This document shows, one piece after another, positions 60,868 to 64,000 of a DNA stretch of 64,000 nt (its first letter is position 1; each line of letters opens with the position of its first letter). Made by a program: the position numbers and the translations under genes. The notes beneath the pieces were generated by a model. The model ran no database searches, was not told the DNA's origin, and saw nothing but the letters and a program-made list of their open reading frames with translations. Source of the DNA: Octopus sinensis (Eukaryota); NCBI RefSeq assembly GCF_006345805.1, contig NC_043006.1:59830001-59894000 (forward strand). Direction: 5' to 3'.

Positions 60868-61090
60868 TGGAGGCATGTGTCATAGTGGTTAGGGTGTCAG
60901 CATCATGATTGTAAGATTGTGGTTTCGATTCCTGGACTGGGTGACACGTTGTGTTCTTGAGCAAAACACTTCATTTCATGTTGCTCCAGTCCACTCAGCT
61001 GGCAAAAATGAGTAACGCTGCGGAACATATACGCCATTGAAACCGGGAAAGTGGGCCCATGAGCCTGGCTAGGCTTTAAAAGGGCGCATT
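60868..61090 (+). mobile_element. tRNA-derived CORE-like SINE
   Basis: gtggttagggtg..gtttcgattcc, ttgtgttcttgagcaaaacacttcatttc. Confidence 0.65.
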
Positions 61091-61354
61091 TATTATTATT
61101 ATGTAATAGATGTATGTGATGTTGTGGTGTGTGTGTGCATGTGCGAGAGAACTTATTGTAATCGTATCAGGACAATTACCCTGCTAGGACAAATTCCCTG
61201 CCAACTACCCCATAGGATAATTACCCCCTCTCTAATATATTAAGAAGTTTTAAATCATCATCTGTTGTCCTCAGGGGTAGTTGTCCTTGGCAGGTTATAG
61301 TCCATGGGGTGGGGTAAATGTTCTAGACTCATTGTAATATGCAATTGTCAAATA

Positions 61355-62000
61355 TCATCATCATCATCATCATCATCGTTTAACGTCCGCTTTCCATGCT
61401 GGCATGGGTTGGATGATTTGACTGAGGTCTGGCGAACCAGATGGCTGCACCAGATTCCAATCTGATCTGGCAGAGTTTCTACAGCTTGATGCCCTTCCTA
61501 ACGCCAACCATTCCGAGAGTGCAGTGGGTGCTTTTACGTGCCACTGGCATGAGGGCCAGTCAGGCGGTTCTGGCAACAGCCACACTCAAATGGTGCTTTT
61601 TATGTGCCAATATATCTCTTTTACTCTTTTACTTGTTTCAGTCATTTGACTGCGGCCATGCTGGAGCATGCCTTTTTAGTCGAGCAAATCAACCTCAGGA
61701 CTTATTCTTTGTAAGCCTAGCACTTATTCTATCGGTCTCTTTTGCCAAACCACTAATTTACGGAGACGTAAACACACCAGCATTGGTTGTTAAGCGATGT
61801 TGGGGGAACAAACACAGACACACAAACATATACACACACATACATATATACGATGGGCTTCTTTCAGTTTCCGTTTACCAAATCCACTCACAAGGTTTTG
61901 GTCGGCCCGAAGCTATAGTAGAAGACACTTGCCCAAGGTGCCATGCAGTGGGACTGAACCCGGGACCATGTGGTTGGTAAGCAAGCTACTTACCACACAC
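61355..62000 (-). mobile_element. RTE 3' tail (61355-61610) joined to a composite SINE (61618-62000)
   Basis: family-diagnostic sequences on the minus strand. Confidence 0.8.
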
Positions 62001-62178
62001 TCACTCCTATGCTTGTTTATATCTGTTTGACTGTGAATGTTTGCAAGTGTGTATTTGTGTTTCTTTCCCCAAAATGTCTGGCAGTGAATCTTTCTCTCAT
62101 TCTTTCTCTCTCTCTCTCTCATAGATTGCAATTCTTTGGCACAACTACACCCAATAAGTATAAAGATGAATGTCAAAC

Positions 62179-62361
62179 CTCTACAGCCTGCACAATATCT
62201 GGTGCCGCCACATTGTAAGTGTCAAGAGTTTGAAGGTGTGCGATTCGATATATGACAAAGATTGAATAATTCCACAACAATGACACAGGGCTTGGCGAGT
62301 AATTGGGATCTTTCAGAGATAAATTTTCTAACTGTGGTAGCTGACATAAGGGTGACAGGTC
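62179..62361 (-). CDS. LRRC9: LRRC9-like exon 1 in window (61 codons, phase 0-0)
   Basis: ttcag|GAC...GAG|gtttga; DLSPLCQLPQLENLSLKDPNYSPSPVSLLWNYSIFVIYRIAHLQTLDTY resembles the LRRC9 LRR-cap segment as I recall it (LKDLCLNDPQY..NPVCLLCNYSTHVLYHLP). Confidence 0.9.
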
Positions 62362-62397
62362 CTGAAACAAAGAGACTTTTCATTAATAATTATGATG

Positions 62398-62440
<43 letters not shown>

Positions 62441-62681
62441 TATTTCTTTATTGCTCACAGGGGGCTATAATAATATTCAGACAAATACATAACAAAAACA
62501 CCAGGACTTACAAATATATATAACATACAGAAAATTGCACTACTTGGCACTGCACGCATCCTATGCAAAACACTTTCAATACAGTAACCATAAGAGCATC
62601 AAACCAAACCATAGCACATACCCAAGGCACACAGAGCTGTGCTTGGTAGTGCAGTGAAAGCACGTTATAAAAAGAAAACTA

Positions 62682-62684
<3 letters not shown>

Positions 62685-62750
<66 letters not shown>
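62685..62750. repeat. (AAT)n microsatellite; another at 62390-62440
   Basis: visible. Confidence 0.95.
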
Positions 62751-62751
<1 letters not shown>

Positions 62752-62949
62752 GTTTCAAATTTTGGCCCAAGGCCAGCAATTTTAGGGAGGGAGAGGGGCC
62801 TAGTCGATAACATTGGCCTCCCACTGATCAACTGGTACTTATTTTATCAATCCTGAAAGGATGAAAGGCAAGGTAGACCTTTATGGAATTTGAACATGGC
62901 ACTACATACTTTGTCCAGCATGCTAATGATTCAGTCAGATTGCAGCTTT

Positions 62950-63505
62950 AATAATAATAATAATAATAATATGGGACTTCCCCGTACAGACCGACAAGAC
63001 CATAAAAGCTAATAAACGGATATTATTATAAAAGATCAGACAAAAAAGATGTGTTTATTAATTGACATGAGTATCCCTTGCGATCACAATATAGCGGCAA
63101 AAGAATTTGACAAGATTAGTAAATATAAAGACCTGCTAATAGAAATTGAAAAAATGTGGCATCTCAAGGCGACTACAGTACCAGTGATTGTAGGATCTCT
63201 AGGAATGATAAAAAAAAGGTACTGAAACCAATTTGAAAATGATTCCAGGCTACAGGAAGTGCAAAAATTAACTGGAAAGGCTCATGTACTGAGAAGAGCA
63301 TTATCGCTGTGAAAACAACATCCATCCATGAATTTATTTATTTATTAATTTTTAAATACATATTTTATCTGTGAATTTGCGTGTGTAATCTGGGGAATGC
63401 ATACAATGAGCTTCTCTGCCCTAGGTGTATGGAAAACACTCGGCGAGAAACGGAAGAAAATTTGAAGAAAGAAGGAAAAAACATAATAATAATAAAAATA
63501 ATAAT
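62950..63505 (+). mobile_element. 5'-truncated Dong/R4-clade non-LTR element (restriction-like endonuclease domain and 3' UTR)
   Basis: WDFPVQTDKTIKAN(K/P)DIIIKD..CLLIDMSIPCD..KISKYKDL..VPVIVGSLG with frameshifts; (TAA)n on both sides. Confidence 0.8.
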
Positions 63506-63872
63506 GATTTCTTTTATTTGCCACCAGGGTGACGGATAAAGAGGGACAATACAAAGACAGACATAAAGTGTAGGGGTTTACATATAATGTGAAAAAAAAA
63601 AAGCATATACAGTATACATTAAAAGAAGGGATGTATACAAAGTATATGGCACTAGAAGAAAAAGTGATAGTGATGGGATTCTCCTGATACAGGAGGACCT
63701 CTATGGCTAATCGAGTTACTGTAGACATTTCAGAAATGCAATGGTAACAATAAAAATGAAAACATGGGGCCTTAAAAGTCTGAAAAGATTACAAACTCTA
63801 TTTCAACTTATGGAGCTTCAAATTTCTGTGACTTTACAGTATGGAAACCACAATGATAATAATAATGATGAT

Positions 63873-63908
<36 letters not shown>

Positions 63909-63914
63909 TAGTAA

Positions 63915-64000
63915 TAAGAGCATGTCCCTTGATCCCTTATCTGGTGGGCAATGTGGAAACTGGGGATTGACGAATGGTTAATAAGGTCTGTACAGGCGCT
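63915..64000 (+). mobile_element. start of another RTE fragment
   Basis: ..SLIWW..GIDEWLIRSVQA relic. Confidence 0.65.

Overview
AT-rich, repeat-dense metazoan genomic DNA. The repeat families suggest a coleoid cephalopod, probably Octopus (inference from recognition, no search run). The whole window lies inside one minus-strand gene, an LRRC9 orthologue. I traced 23 internal coding exons from 62361 down to 2201, with consistent splice phases, totalling 3276 nt (1092 codons); the start and stop codons lie outside the window. One donor (after exon 35425-35481) reads TT instead of GT. Introns contain RTE-clade LINE fragments (one young 2.6 kb copy with a PHD finger inside its RT region), Dong/R4 fragments in (TAA)n, CORE-like and Nin-like tRNA-derived SINEs, piggyBac-, Merlin-, mariner- and pogo-type MITEs, non-autonomous Helitrons and long microsatellites. 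The main unexplained signals are four type I minimal hammerhead-ribozyme folds with long structured stem II (one intact and on the pre-mRNA sense strand) and a symmetric CpG-rich cluster of NRF1/ETS/YY1 motifs near 33.0 kb that looks like an intragenic bidirectional promoter. Exon coordinates were read by hand from splice sites; repeat boundaries are approximate.
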